DNA of 64,000 nucleotides from Octopus bimaculoides. Lineage: Eukaryota. Position 1 is the stretch's first letter, and each line of letters begins with the position of its first letter. The notes beneath the pieces are model-generated. The model saw only the letters and a list, made by a program, of their open reading frames with translations. It ran no database searches and had not been told where the DNA came from. Below, one piece after another: positions 25,617-38,282 of the stretch. The DNA lies in the NCBI RefSeq assembly GCF_001194135.2, contig NC_068987.1:77543719-77607718 (forward strand). The letters are read 5' to 3'. The position numbers were made by a program, and so were the translations under genes.

Positions 25617-25947
25617 GTTTTTTTTTAATATTTTATTATGAGTGAAAGAATCATCAGAGATGCTTTGTCCCATGCAGAAACAAAAGGAGCTACTCAGAGG
25701 TAAGTAAACTCTTCTAAATCCAGTGCAATGCCGGAAACCCTTCCACATACTCAGCAGATATCTTAGGGTCACAAGCATTTCACCCGTTAGCCTATACATT
25801 TCACTCAAGTGGGGCAAGGAATGAGCTAGTCTTCACCTATGGAAGGGTTCTACTTGCAGTCTCTTATCAACCATCGCTACCTTGAGCTAGTTTCAGCTGC
25901 TGAGTCTATTTCCCTGATGGCTTTCTTCGGTTGCTCGGGTTCCAGGC
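25617..25947 (-). mobile_element. 3' fragment of an RLE-type (Hero-like) non-LTR retrotransposon
   Basis: Minus translation KKAIREIDSAAETSSR*RWLIRD resembles RLE-LINE C-termini (recalled, not searched). Poly(A) tail at 25618-25627 and a 19-bp flanking repeat at 25598-25616 / 26319-26337. Confidence 0.45.
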
Positions 25948-26320
25948 TTATTACCTCCGCCTTAGCAAAGGCAGAAGTATTGTTTTCAGTTGTGTTTGTT
26001 TGTTTGTCCATGGACAAGATATCTCAAGAACCAGTGGGTGGATTCAGATAAAACTTTCAGGGATGTTTGGCATCGTGACTGGCACGGACTGATTAGATTT
26101 TGGGATCAATCCAGTACCGGACAAGGATGCTACATTATTTTTCTGCTTTTTTTTTTTACTTAATTTTTGAAAATGGCCACGTTCATTTTCAGTATTTTCA
26201 TTTGTGAGAGCAGTCAAGTTTATTTCGGATATTCACATTTTAAAAATCACCTCCAGCTAATCGTTGAGAGGATGTTAATGTTGCCTCGGCAGAGGTTTGC
26301 GCTCTTTGAGTGCTCTTGTT
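25948..26320 (+). mobile_element. Helentron-associated non-autonomous element (HINE/DINE-1-like)
   Basis: 5' subTIR CCTCCGCC (25954) with a nearby inverted copy, a GTTT microsatellite, 3' subTIR GGCAGAGG (26288), and terminal hairpin GCGCTC-TTT-GAGTGC followed by T-rich sequence. Confidence 0.65.
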
Positions 26321-27433
26321 TGAATTATTTCCCTTAGTTTTTCTTTTATTTTTCTTTGTTTATGCAAATTATACTGGCCAAAAATTATAACGCTTATCTT
26401 GACAGATAAGGCATGTCAATATAGACTCCTGGCTGATGAGATCTAATAGATCAAAACAGATCCATGGTTATTAATGACTTGTAGGGATGTGATATTTCAT
26501 TACGCAACTAAAACATACTATAAAATATACCAAGTTTTTATAAGTCAATTTCATGTTTTAGTGTGTTAGCAGTGCGCTTTACAACACTTGTTGAGGTTTC
26601 TATAGAATATCTGTAGAGACATCCATAGTTGTCACTTGCCAACAAAGATCAGATTTTCTCTTAAGAATGTAAGTTAACTTGGAGAGATTAATTCTTAATT
26701 TCTTGAAATTATCTCACCTTTTCTTTTTTGATAGTTGTACCAAAGAAACAATTAATGTCTTTTAGAACACAAAATGTTAACTAATCTATGCATAGGTAAA
26801 TGTGTAGACATAGCTGTGTGGTTAATAAGCTCACTTTGGAACTGTCTAGTTTCGGGTTCAATTCCACTGAATGACACCTTGGGTAAGTGTCTCCTACTGT
26901 AGCCCTGGGCCAACCAATGCTTTGTGAAGGAATTTGATAGAAACTGTGTGGAAGCCCTTTGCATGTATATGTGTGTGTTTGTGTGCGTGTGTGTGTATGT
27001 GTGTGTGTGTGTATGCATGTTCATTTCCTCCACCACTTGACAACCAGTGTTGGTTCATTTATATTCTTGTAACTTAGCAGTTCAGCAAAAGAGACTGAAA
27101 AATAAGCAAAAGGCTTAAAAATAAACACTGGAGCTGAATTGTTAAACTTAACCCTTCCAGGTAGTGCTCCAACATGGCCACAATTCAATGACTGAAGCAT
27201 GTAAAGGATAAAAAATACACAGAAAATTACACAGAGGATGTGACCCATATGAAAAATAACGGTATTAATTAATTAATCTGATTTTTTTCTTTGCCTCATT
27301 AAGTACGATGGCCCTAATCTGATATACATACATTCAGACAGACATATAGACACACTAACAGACAAACAGACAGACAAACAGGCAAACAGACATATAACAC
27401 CAAAATGCTTAGAGCAATGTATAAAAGACTCAC

Positions 27434-27498
27434 CAACGTTTGCCATTGCACCTAAGAAGCTTAACAACAATGCAGAAACAGCTATAAGTATATACACA
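27434..27498 (-). CDS. GH18 chitinase-like gene, signal-peptide exon (xVYILIAVSALLLSFLGAMANV); the ATG lies in an unidentified upstream exon
   Basis: Acceptor TATTTTCAG|T and donor GTTG|GTGAGT. The 65 nt run phase 2 to phase 1 and join the 16663 exon in frame (G+AA=Glu). The hydrophobic stretch resembles a signal-peptide h-region. The ORF-track 'M' here is GTG. Confidence 0.7.
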
Positions 27499-27792
27499 CT
27501 GAAAATATAGTTGAGGATAACAGAAACAATTTAAAATTATAAGTGCAAATAAAATTATAAAAGCAACAACATAAAACAAAACAAAAAAATAACAATTTCT
27601 TGCATTGCAACAGAAAAATGTAAGACTACAATTATTATTTCTTTTTTGGCTAGTTTTTTTTTTTTTTGCCACAATTTTTTTTTTTTTTTTTTTTCAAGAT
27701 GAAAGTTGATTCCAGACAGATTTGAAATAGAGCATGTAGAGAACATGAAAGTAGAGGATGATGATGCTAAAATCTTCAAGACTTTTCAACAC

Positions 27793-28002
27793 TATGGTGG
27801 GGTGCTGAAAAATTCCTGGTTTTGGCTAAAAGAAAATATAAGGAGATCAGTTAATTGTTATGATTTTATTCAACATATTCCTCTCTCAGATTCACACACT
27901 TATTGCAGTGGTCCTTCACTTTTTCTAAGCCCTGTAAAAAGTACTCAGAAGACCTTTCACAGTACCCTTAAAACCAGGAACTTTTTTCAGCACCCCCTCG
28001 TA
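27793..28002. mobile_element. Mariner-type MITE
   Basis: TIRs GGGGTGCTGAAAAATTCCTGG / CCAGGAACTTTTTTCAGCACCCC, terminal TA. Same family as 36860-37078. Confidence 0.75.
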
Positions 28003-28334
28003 TAACCATTTCTATCACTAAGCCATCCTTTCATGGTGAGCTAGATGAAGGTGTTGTCCAGAGTAACAGCTAATATCCTGAAGTTTGTAACTTCCTGAAG
28101 TTTAAGCTTATAGATCACATTGGTCTTCCACAGTGTTTTCTTGAGTTATGGTGTGATATTAATAAGGAGGGTTTAATTTTTCTTGCTTTTGTAGTATATT
28201 ATTAGTTTTAATTTATGATTGGGTGTGATGTATTTTTTGTTGCATTTTATGTGGGTTTTTATATTAAATCTTCATCTTTTCAATAGTTTTTGTATATCTG
28301 GTTCACGTAACAGATTTTAGGTGCAGTTTATGTA

Positions 28335-28759
28335 CCGTAAATCCTCAAGTATAATCCGCACTTTTTTTCCCAAAATTTAAAGGTAAAAATTTCTAGGGCG
28401 TACTATATACGAGGTTAAAAATAAAAAATATTTTCTAAGCAAAATTTTCTAAGTGATAAATATGTAAAGGCAATTTACTTAATATTTATTTTTCACTGAC
28501 GTTATTACTGTTATTTCTTTATTTTCTGCAAACAAGTGCACAAAAAAGCTACATGTTTGCATTATGTTATATATACAATAATAATAAAGGACGTTACCGA
28601 ATATACGTTTATAAACCAAGGACGTTATATAGACGTCCTTGACTCAAGTTAGAGAAGGGGTGAGTATTATACACAAGGCTTAGGTTTTTCAGAGGTACAG
28701 CCCCCTAAAAATCCCCTGCGTATTATACTCAAGGGCGGACTATACTTGAGGATTTACAG
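28335..28759. mobile_element. Tc1/mariner-superfamily (pogo/Tc2-like) MITE
   Basis: TIR CCGTAAATCCTCAAGTATA ... TATACTTGAGGATTTACAG (1 mismatch), TA on both sides. Confidence 0.85.
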
Positions 28760-28894
28760 TAATTCCATTAGGCATATTTTGTGACATATTTTATTGTTAT
28801 CATACTACAAAACATCATTAGATAAGAAAATAAAAATACTTTATAAAATCCCCCACAAAAATAGTTTAATTATTGAAACCATAATCACATCGCA

Positions 28895-28927
<33 letters not shown>

Positions 28928-28942
28928 TGTGTGTATGTATAT

Positions 28943-29780
28943 ACACGGTGCAGTGAATATTTTGTTGTCTAAATTACGCAAAACTGAAAATAACACTGAC
29001 ATCTCATTTTAACATATATTTACTAAAATTACATAAAAATATCTTGAAATACTAAAAACTAAATTTATTCAATAAAATTGCCATTGGCTTTAACCGTGGT
29101 CTCCAGATGACTTTGGAATCTCCTGCAACTCTTCTGGACTGTCTCCTTGTTTAAGTTGGTGAATGCTGTCATATTCCTTGCCTTCAGTTCATCTTGGGCC
29201 CTCCTTCAACTGCGACCCACCCAAAATAATCAAGGGGGTTGCAGTCTGGAGAGTTTGGTGATCAGATGTTAGGGGTGATGTGGTCGCAGAAATTGTCTGA
29301 CAGCCATGACTGGGTTCTCTTGCTTGTGTGGCATGGTGCAGAGTCCTGTTGCCAGACATAGGGTCTTCCAGCAACCACCCTCTTCACCTAGGGTAGCACT
29401 ACTTCCTCCATGCGCTTGATGTAGACCTCTGTGATGTGTCTGAGGCCGTGTGGAAAGATGAATGGAGGCATAACATCGCCATTACTAGTGATCACTCCAA
29501 ACATCATGATGTTGACTGGGTGTTTGATTTTCATCACTCTCAGTACATGTCCTCAGATTGACACCCAAACACTCTGAAATGTTCGTATTGGAGCTTGCAG
29601 TACAGCATGTCATGTCCAAATTTCTGGCAGAATGAATTGCATCATGATGCTGTTTTTCTCACAGACAGTGCCCAACTGCCCCTATTATACTATATAGCTG
29701 ACAAAATCAAAAACAAACAATGAACATGCGCGAAATTAAAAATATGAAATGGCAACAATTTACCCATCGCACTCCCCTCT
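28943..29780 (-). mobile_element. Tc1/mariner DD37D (maT-type) transposase relic
   Basis: Minus-strand translation ...MFGVITSNGDVMPPFIF...YVWQQDSAPCHTSKRTQSWL...I*SPNSPDCNPLDY. There are 37 residues between QQD and NPLD, with in-frame stops. Ends are approximate. Confidence 0.8.
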
Positions 29781-29955
29781 CTCTCTCTATATATATATAT
29801 ATATACATACACACACACACACTATCAATAATGGTTTCAGAGAATTGTACACTTACTAAAAATATTGAAAGTGTATCACATACAGGTTTAGCAAATTATA
29901 TATATATATATATATGCATCTATGCACTACATATATTTGCATGACTATATACATT

Positions 29956-29995
<40 letters not shown>

Positions 29996-30770
29996 GTGTG
30001 TGTTGTGTGTGTGTGTGGTGTGTGTGTGTGTACATACATAGACATATCATACACATGCGCACATAAATCTAAGCTCCCTGAAACAGGTGTTGAGCTAAGA
30101 GTCTATGTGTTCTGTTCTCGGCATTCTGTATTTTTAAGCAAAATATATTTGTGTGTGTGTGTGTGTGCGTGTGTGTGTGAGTGCATGTGTGTGTGAGTGT
30201 GTGTGTGTGTGTTTATCTTACTGAATATATGTAGATATATGTGTCTATGTATAAATAGATGTGTGTGTGTATGTGTATGTCAAAACTAATTGTGTTTATT
30301 TGCATCACTAGCTCGATATCAACTTGGCTTTGATTTCTTTTAATCCTGGATGAAGAATTCTGGATGAAGAATTCATCATGGATGAACAATTTGGAGATTA
30401 GAGCACTACTACATGCCTTCTATACAGAGCATATCCAGTGCTCAACTAGTGTCTGCGTACCCACATTTATACATGTGCGTTTGTGTGTGTGTGTGTGTGA
30501 GTGTGTGTGTGAGTGTGTGTGTGTGTGTGTGTATGATAGTCTGTGTGTGTATGTGCTTTTCTTGGACTCTGTTCCTTCCTCCTTTTCTTTCTCTCTAGAC
30601 TTTTCATCTTTCTGATGAAGAGCAAGGCTTGAAACATCACTCCTATTTTCCTCATCTAAAACTTTCACTTATATTCACTGGGTATTTCTAATTAACTTTT
30701 GTCAGCTTTTCCTGTTTTTCATTTTTGATTTGTATGTATGTATGTATGTATGTATGTATGTATGTATGTA

Positions 30771-30825
<55 letters not shown>

Positions 30826-30942
30826 GTAATTATGCAGATAAACAAATTAAATACAACAGATTGGGTTTGATATACAACATATATATCATTTGAGCACTAC
30901 TGTGTTTTCTATACCAAGAATATTTGGATCACATCTGCTGAT

Positions 30943-30986
<44 letters not shown>

Positions 30987-31602
30987 CACACACAATACAC
31001 ACATAGATAAAGTGAGAAAGAGAGAGAGAAAGAGAGAGAGAGTACAGTTCTATTATATATTCTAATAACAAGTAAAGGAGTTAGATGCAAATACATATTA
31101 ATAGATATGATATTTATCTAAATGATAAAATTACAATTAAAGAGGGCTTATAAGGAAAAAGAAGAGAACGAGCTGTTATTCACCCTTTACTACTACTACT
31201 ACTACCACCACCGCCACTACAACTACTACTATTAAAAAAGAGGAGGAAATAAAGGAAGAGTAGGGGAAAAGGATTCCTTATTGATCATTTCAGTTATATG
31301 CAGGTTAAAATACTGAAGGAGAGTTGTATTGCTTCAGTTTTTTTTTTATCTGTTACAATAACTGTAAAGGGAATATAGGTAAAAATTTATGCAGGAAAGT
31401 ATTTTGAAGCAGAAACCTCCAAATCAATAGGACCAGAACCAGGAACATCAAAGCATCTCCTCACCTCTTCACACATTATCTATGCCAGCTTCCCCAATAT
31501 TATTGCTCTCTCTCTCTCTCTTGCTCCCTCCCCCCTCTCTCTATATATATATATTCACACACACGTACATGTATACAAATATATGTATATATATATATAT
31601 AT

Positions 31603-31645
<43 letters not shown>

Positions 31646-33599
31646 TTACTATTATAATTGCTTTATATATAGCAATAACAACATGTGTGTTTGTCTTTCT
31701 CTATCCCTCTCTCTCTCTATATATATATACAATACATACACATACATGCATGCATACACACATACAACACATACATACATACATACACGCATAATTTAAC
31801 GTCAATAAACACTATAAAGAACCACACAAAAGAAAGAAAATGAGACAAATAGCATTTTTAGTTTAACACTCTAGCATTTAAACCAGACACATGAGGCACA
31901 AATATTCTATCTCTTGTACATTCAAACTGGTCAGATCCAGTTTCTCACACCTACCCTAAAATGTCATTCTAAAATTAAACAATCACACCATCAAAAGTTT
32001 GAAGCTATAAGTTAATGCATAATTAATTCAAAACAATGTGAATAAACAAGCTTTATGTTTGACAGAGTAATATCTGAATGCTGAAGCTTTAAAGCCTGAG
32101 CAGTTGAAAGTAGAAAAAGAAGAGTCATCATCATCATCATCGTCGTTTAACGTCTACTTTCCTTGCTAGCATGGGCTGGACGATTTGACTGAGGACTGGT
32201 GAACCAGATGGCTACACCAGGCTCCAATCTGATTTGGCAGAGTTTCTACAGCTGGATGCCCTTCCTAATGCCAACCACTCAGAGAGTGTAGTGGGTGCTT
32301 TTACGTGCCACCAGCATGAAGGCCAGTTAGGCGGTACTGGCAATGGCCATGCTCAAAATGGTATATTTTACATGCCACCTGCACAGGAGCCAGTCCAGCG
32401 GCACTGGCAACGATCTCGCTTGAATGTCTTTTCCCATGCCAGGAAGGCGATGTTGGTAACAATCATGTTCAAATGGTGCTATTTATGTGCCACTGGCACA
32501 GAAGACAGTACAGTGAGTAAAAGCGATTAAGATAGTGAGTGTCTTTAGAATGTGATAAAAATGAGAAAAAAAAAACCAAAGTCTAAAATTTAAAAATTAA
32601 AATAGTAAAACATATGCGAGTGCTTGTGTGTGTGTAGGAGTGAGTACAGACACAGGTATGGTTGTGTGCTTATTTCCTTTTTAATACTAACACTTTCTAT
32701 CAAGATAAGAAGACACTAATTCTCTCTCTCTCTCACACACACACGCACAGATATATATATATATATATGTATATATGGCACTCGTGAACAAAACATTGGT
32801 CTCACTCCTGTGCAGGTGGCACGTAAAACACACCATTTGAGCGTGGCCGTTGCCAGTACCGCCAGACTGGCCCTCATGCCGGTGGCACGCAAAAAGCACC
32901 AACTACACTCTCAGAGTGGTTGGCGTTAGGAAGGACATCCATCTGTAGAAACTCTACCAGATCAGATTGGAGTCTGGTGTAGCCATCTGGTTCACCCAGT
33001 CCCCAGTCAAATCGTCCAACCCATGATAGCATGGAAAGCAGATGTTAAATGATGATGATGATGATGATATATACATTATCATCATCGTCTCACGTCCGTT
33101 TTCCATGCTGGCATGGGTTGGACAGTTTGACTGAGGTCTGGAGAGCCAGAGGCTGCACCAGGCTCCCATTTGATCAGGCAATGTTTCTACAGCTGGATAG
33201 CCTTCCTAACACCAACCACTCTGAGAGTGTAGTGGGTGCTTTTTACGTGCCAGCAGCACAAGGAGCCAGTTAAGCGGGCCTGGCATCAATCATGTTCAGA
33301 TAGTACTTTTTATGTGCCACTGGCATGGGAGCCAGTCAGGAGTACTGGCATCAATCACATTTGGATAGTGCTTTTTACATGCCACCGGTATGGAAGCCAG
33401 TCAAGGGGTACTGGCATCAGCCATGTTTGGATAGTGCTTTTTATGTGCCACTGGCAGGGGGGGGGGGCAGTCAGGCAGGTCTGGCATCGATCACATTCAG
33501 ATGATGCATTTTATGTACTATAAAAGGTTTCTTTCAGTTTCTATCCGTCAAATCCACTCACAAGGCTTTGATCAGCCGAGGGCTATAGACTGATGTATG

Positions 33600-34370
33600 G
33601 TCTATTCCAGCAATCTATAGAGGATTAAAGATAAGGAAGAGTGACAATGTTCTCAGGGCAACTATGGGCATTGACAATTATTCTTCAAGTATGGAAGTAT
33701 TGTCAAACAGGCTTGTCCTAGATGCACACTGTGTGATAAAATTCGTTGTGCACACATTCAGTGTCCATGTATTGTTGACTTGAAGAGTTATGTTAAACAG
33801 CTACTGTCACATGTAGAACAGATCTGGCTGTTAGCCAAGAGCATTGTGATGGTTGCTCCATCACTCTCTCTTAACTGGGTAAGAATGACAATTTTCCTCT
33901 GTTGACTATAGAGAAGGAGGTATAGTGAAAAAGATAGACAGGTATGAAGACAAAGACTTTCCTTCATGATAGACCTCTAATCAGCTTCTCCAAGTTTCAA
34001 TCAAAAAGAAATATAAAAGGAAAGAAGGAAGCAATATCCTAGAGTGAATTTATTGAAAGATGAGTGAGAGTGGTGAAAACGGTAAGAGTGAATGGGACCA
34101 CTGTAAATATAAATCTGTAAAAGTCAGCGAATGGCAACTGGAGAAGACACCTGCCCTTGGTGATCAGAAGGATCTTGGATGGTAACGTTCTTCAACCAGC
34201 TTGAAAGATCCTCCTATATCAGGAGGATTACAACTTCATTATTTTTTCTAATACTTTATGCCAAGTATTTCCTGAATTATTATTTTTATTATTCCATTGT
34301 GTAAATCAACCCACTTTGTGGTTGTCTTTGAATTGTCTCCTCCATGTGCTACCCTGATGGCAAATAAAAC
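33600..34370 (+). mobile_element. Decayed L1/Tx1-like LINE 3' region
   Basis: CPRC...HIQCP zinc-knuckle-like remnants; no intact ORF. Boundaries are approximate. Confidence 0.35.
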
Positions 34371-34408
34371 GAACCATCGTTATCATTGTCTAACTCCTCC
34401 TCCTCCTA

Positions 34409-34459
<51 letters not shown>

Positions 34460-34461
<2 letters not shown>

Positions 34462-34675
34462 GGCAGCGAGCTGGCAGAATCGTTAGCACACTGGACAAAA
34501 TGCTTAGCGGCATTTCGTCTGCCATTATGTTCTGAGTTTAAATTCTGCCAAGGGCAACTTTGCCTGTCATCCTTTCAGAGTTGATAAAATTAGTACCAGT
34601 TACATGCTGGGGTCAATGTAATCAGCTTAATCCCTTCCCCCAAATTTCAGGCCTCGTGCTTCCAGTAGAAAGGAT
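34460..34675 (+). mobile_element. SINE family C copy embedded in (ATT)n
   Basis: Head AGGCAGCGAGCTGGCAGAATCGTTAGCAC, with (ATT)n on both flanks. Confidence 0.8.
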
Positions 34676-34701
34676 TATTATCATTATTATCATTATTATC
34701 A

Positions 34702-34741
<40 letters not shown>

Positions 34742-34839
34742 AGGAACAATAAGAAGAGTGTGACTTATCGAATGAACAATATTTTGACACTTTTCTTATT
34801 GTTCATTTACCTTCGGAAGGAGCAACATCAATCCTTAAA

Positions 34840-34878
<39 letters not shown>

Positions 34879-34889
34879 CATTATCATAA

Positions 34890-35245
34890 TTAGACTAGCG
34901 CATGCTAATTCTGTTAGCAGGTATTTTATCTTCAGATTTGGCAACAACATGTCTCCTAAAATCTCAGGAATTTTTTCAAAGGATTCTCGCAGAATACAGG
35001 ATGGTACTTTTCTGCAGGTCAACAATGCAAGTCTCAATTCCAATATCTTTCAGTCTTCTATGTAACATTTTTGGGTGTTGTGCCAAGTGCACCAATTATC
35101 ACATGACTAATTGCTGCCTTGGAGCTCCACAGTCTCCTCAGCTCTTTGACTAAAAGATCCTGTTATCTCTCAATTTTTCTCAACTTCCTTGGTATAAACT
35201 CTGCTATCATAATGAATAGCAAAATCTATGAACTTACAGTGTTTG
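34890..35245 (-). mobile_element. 3' end of a Dong/R4-like RLE LINE
   Basis: Joined across frameshifts it reads CKFIDFAIHYDSRVYTKEVEKIERYQDL..ELRRLW...VIIGALGT...DLQKSTILYSARIL. The 3' end runs into (TAA)n. Confidence 0.7.
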
Positions 35246-35283
35246 TTTATTTTTATCCTCTATTATCATATCCTACTACTACA

Positions 35284-35344
<61 letters not shown>

Positions 35345-35774
35345 TTACCACTACTAAATTTATGCTGTACAACTAACAGTCTATAGCTGAAGCATAAATT
35401 ACACAATTGCCTAGCAAGCCAGCAGATATTGTTGATTCAAACAACCAATAGGCTTTAAACATAATCTGAAATCATGACATTATTATTTATTACATATGAC
35501 TCATACAAACTCAGATCATTGTGCACACACATACAGATACATACATGCATGCACATATATCTTAAGATATGGAGCATTTGCTTAAGGAAATGCAAAAGGA
35601 TACGCAAGTGCGAATGTGTAATTATGTATGGAAATATATGTGTATATGTGTCAGTGAGTGTATTCACAAGAATGTATGCATAATTGAAGAGTAAACGCGT
35701 ATGTATGCAAGATAATTATAAAATGGGTGATGTGTGTGTATATATGTTCATATATACCTCTCTCTCTCTATGTG

Positions 35775-35816
<42 letters not shown>

Positions 35817-35944
35817 AGTGAAGGTGTGGCTGTGTGGTTAAGTTTGCTTCTCAAGAATATGGTCTCAGGTTCAGTTTCACATGTTTATACATTTATATAG
35901 TTTCACATATTTATACTTAAATACACGCACACACACACACACAT

Positions 35945-36400
35945 CATCATCATCATCCTCATCGTTTAACGTCCGCTTTCCATGCTAGCATGGGTTGGAC
36001 GATTTGACTGAGGACTGGTGCAACCGGATGGCTACACCAGGTTCCAATCTAATTTGGCAGAGATTCTACAGCTGGATGCCCTTCCTAACGCCAACCACTC
36101 AGAGTGTAGTGGGTGCTTTTACGTGTCACCTGCACGAAAACGGCCACGCTCGAAATGGTGTCTTTTATGTGCCACCCGCACAAGAGCCAGTCCAGGGGCA
36201 CTGGCAACGATCTCGCTCGAAAACCCTACAAGGCCAGTCAGGCGGTACTGGCAACGGTCACGCTCAGGATGGTACATCTTATGTGCCACCCGCACAAGAG
36301 CCAGTCCAGGGGCACTGGCAACGATCTCACTTGGCTTGCCGGGTCTTCTCACGCACAGCACATTTCCAAAGGTCTCGGTCAGTAGTCATCGCCTCGGTGA
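35945..36400 (-). mobile_element. RTE-3'UTR-related short element, family D (TTAGGAAGGGCATCCAGCTGTAGAA...GCATGGAAAGCGGACGTTAAACGATGATG)
   Basis: Related copies at ~8340-8620, 10420-10550, 14400-14915, 20130-20240, 21940-22140, 32125-32490, 32790-33520, 37742-38280 and 61810-62200. They carry variable tandem GTGCCACC.GCACA.GAGCCAGT units. Confidence 0.8.
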
Positions 36401-36859
36401 TACAGACAGACACAGACACACACACACTCACAAAATATATAGTTTATTTTTTACTTGTTTCAATCATTTGACTGTGGGCCATACTGGGGCTCCACCATGA
36501 AGTGTTTAGCCAAGCAAATCCACCCCAAGTACTTATTTTTGGGGTCTGGTACTTATACTTTCAGTCTATTTTTGAGGACCAATAAGTTACAGGAATGTAA
36601 ACAAACCAATACTGGTTGTCAAGCAGTGTGGTGGAAGACAAACACATACACACATACGCACATGACAGGCTTCTTTCAGTCAGTTTTTGTCTACCAAATC
36701 CACTCACAAGGTTTTGGTTGGCTCGGGTTTATAACAGAAGACACTTGCTCAATGTACTGTAGTGGGACTGAACCCGAAACCCTTTTGTTGGGAAGCAAGC
36801 TTCTTACCACACAGCCATGCCTGCACTCATATGTATGCATGTATATATTTGTACATAGA

Positions 36860-37078
36860 TATAATTGGGGGCTGAAAAGTTCCTGGCTTTAAGGATATCA
36901 TGAAAGGTCCAGTTGAAGGCCCAGCCTTCCAATTCTTTTACAGGGCTTACAAATGCTGAAGGACCACTGCAATAAGTGTTTGAATCTGAAGGGAATATGT
37001 TGAATAAAATCATAATTAACTGATCCTCCTGTATTTTCTTTAACTCAAAATCAAGAAATTTCAGCCCCGCCCCCTCAT
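36860..37078. mobile_element. Mariner-type MITE, second copy in opposite orientation
   Basis: GGGGGCTGAAAAGTTCCTGG ... GAAATTTCAGCCCC. The interior matches 27793-28002 on the reverse strand. Confidence 0.7.
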
Positions 37079-38282
37079 ATATATACATATATATATATAT
37101 ATATGTCTGTTAAAGTCTGTCATACCGGCCATAATGAAATACCACAAGGTATAGAAAATATGTATTCGCCTTTATATATTTAATCCTTTATATTGAACAC
37201 TCAGTATTTCATCTATTCAATAAGACATATTCCATATATTCAATAAGACATTCAATACTTTATTTCATTGTACCATCCATTTTTATTTTATATTATATAT
37301 TGTATATTATATTATATATTGTATATTCCATATTCTATATCTCACATTGGTTTTGCAGGAATATAAATANNNNNNNNNNNNNNNNNNNNNNNNNNNNNNN
37401 NNNNNNNNNNNNNNNNNNNNNNNNNNNNNNNNNNNNNNNNNNNNNNNNNNNNNNNNNNNNNNNNNNNNNNNNNNNNNNNNNNNNNNNNNNNNNNNNNNNN
37501 NNNNNNNNNNNNNNNNNNNNNNNNNNNNNNNNNNNNNNNNNNNNNNNNNNNNNNNNNNNNNNNNNNNNNNNNNNNNNNNNNNNNNNNNNNNNNNNNNNNN
37601 NNNNNNNNNNNNNNNNNNNNNNNNNNNNNNNNNNNNNNNNNNNNNNNNNNNNNNNNNNNNNNNNNNNNNNNNNNNNNNNNNNNNNNNNNNNNNNNNNNNN
37701 NNNNNNNNNNNNNNNNNNNNNNNNNNNNNNNNNNNNNNNNNAGTGCCAGAAAGGCGATGCTGGGCACAGGTGCTATCACAATTTCACTTTCGCTTGCCCC
37801 AATAAGTCTTCGCAAGCTGAGTTTTGTGTCCAATGAAGGAGACGATGTTGGCATGGGTGCCAGTCGTCGAATTTAACTCAATTTCGATTTCACTTGCCTC
37901 AACAGGTCTTCGCAAGTGGAGTTTGGTGTCCAATGAAAGAAGGTACGCATAAGTGGACTGGGTGAGGCCTTAGATTTAGGTCTCACTTGGCTTTCCAGGT
38001 CTTCTCACGCACAGCATTTTGCAGAGTTTCTACAGCTGGATGCCCTTCCTAAACACCAACCACTCAGAGAGTGTAGTGGGTGCTTTTACGTGCCATCAGC
38101 ACAAAGGCCAGTCAGGCGGTACTGGCAACGGCCACGCTCAAAATGGTGTATTTTATGTGCCACCCACACAAGAGCTAGTCTAGGGGCATTGGCAATGATC
38201 TTGCTCGAAAGTCCCTACACATGTCGCGGGCACAAGTGCCAGAAAGGCGACGCTGGGCACAGGTGCCATCACGATTTCGATT

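Noticed and set aside
31470-31500. ATG TGT GAA GAG|GTGAGG minus-strand mini-exon candidate
   Set aside because: Phase 0, which is incompatible with the signal-peptide exon.
33250-33520. Regularly spaced ~60-bp repeats (also the ~24-bp units at 12990-13150) superficially like a CRISPR array
   Set aside because: The units are degenerate tandem copies with no unique spacers, lie inside family-D/RTE elements, and the context is eukaryotic.
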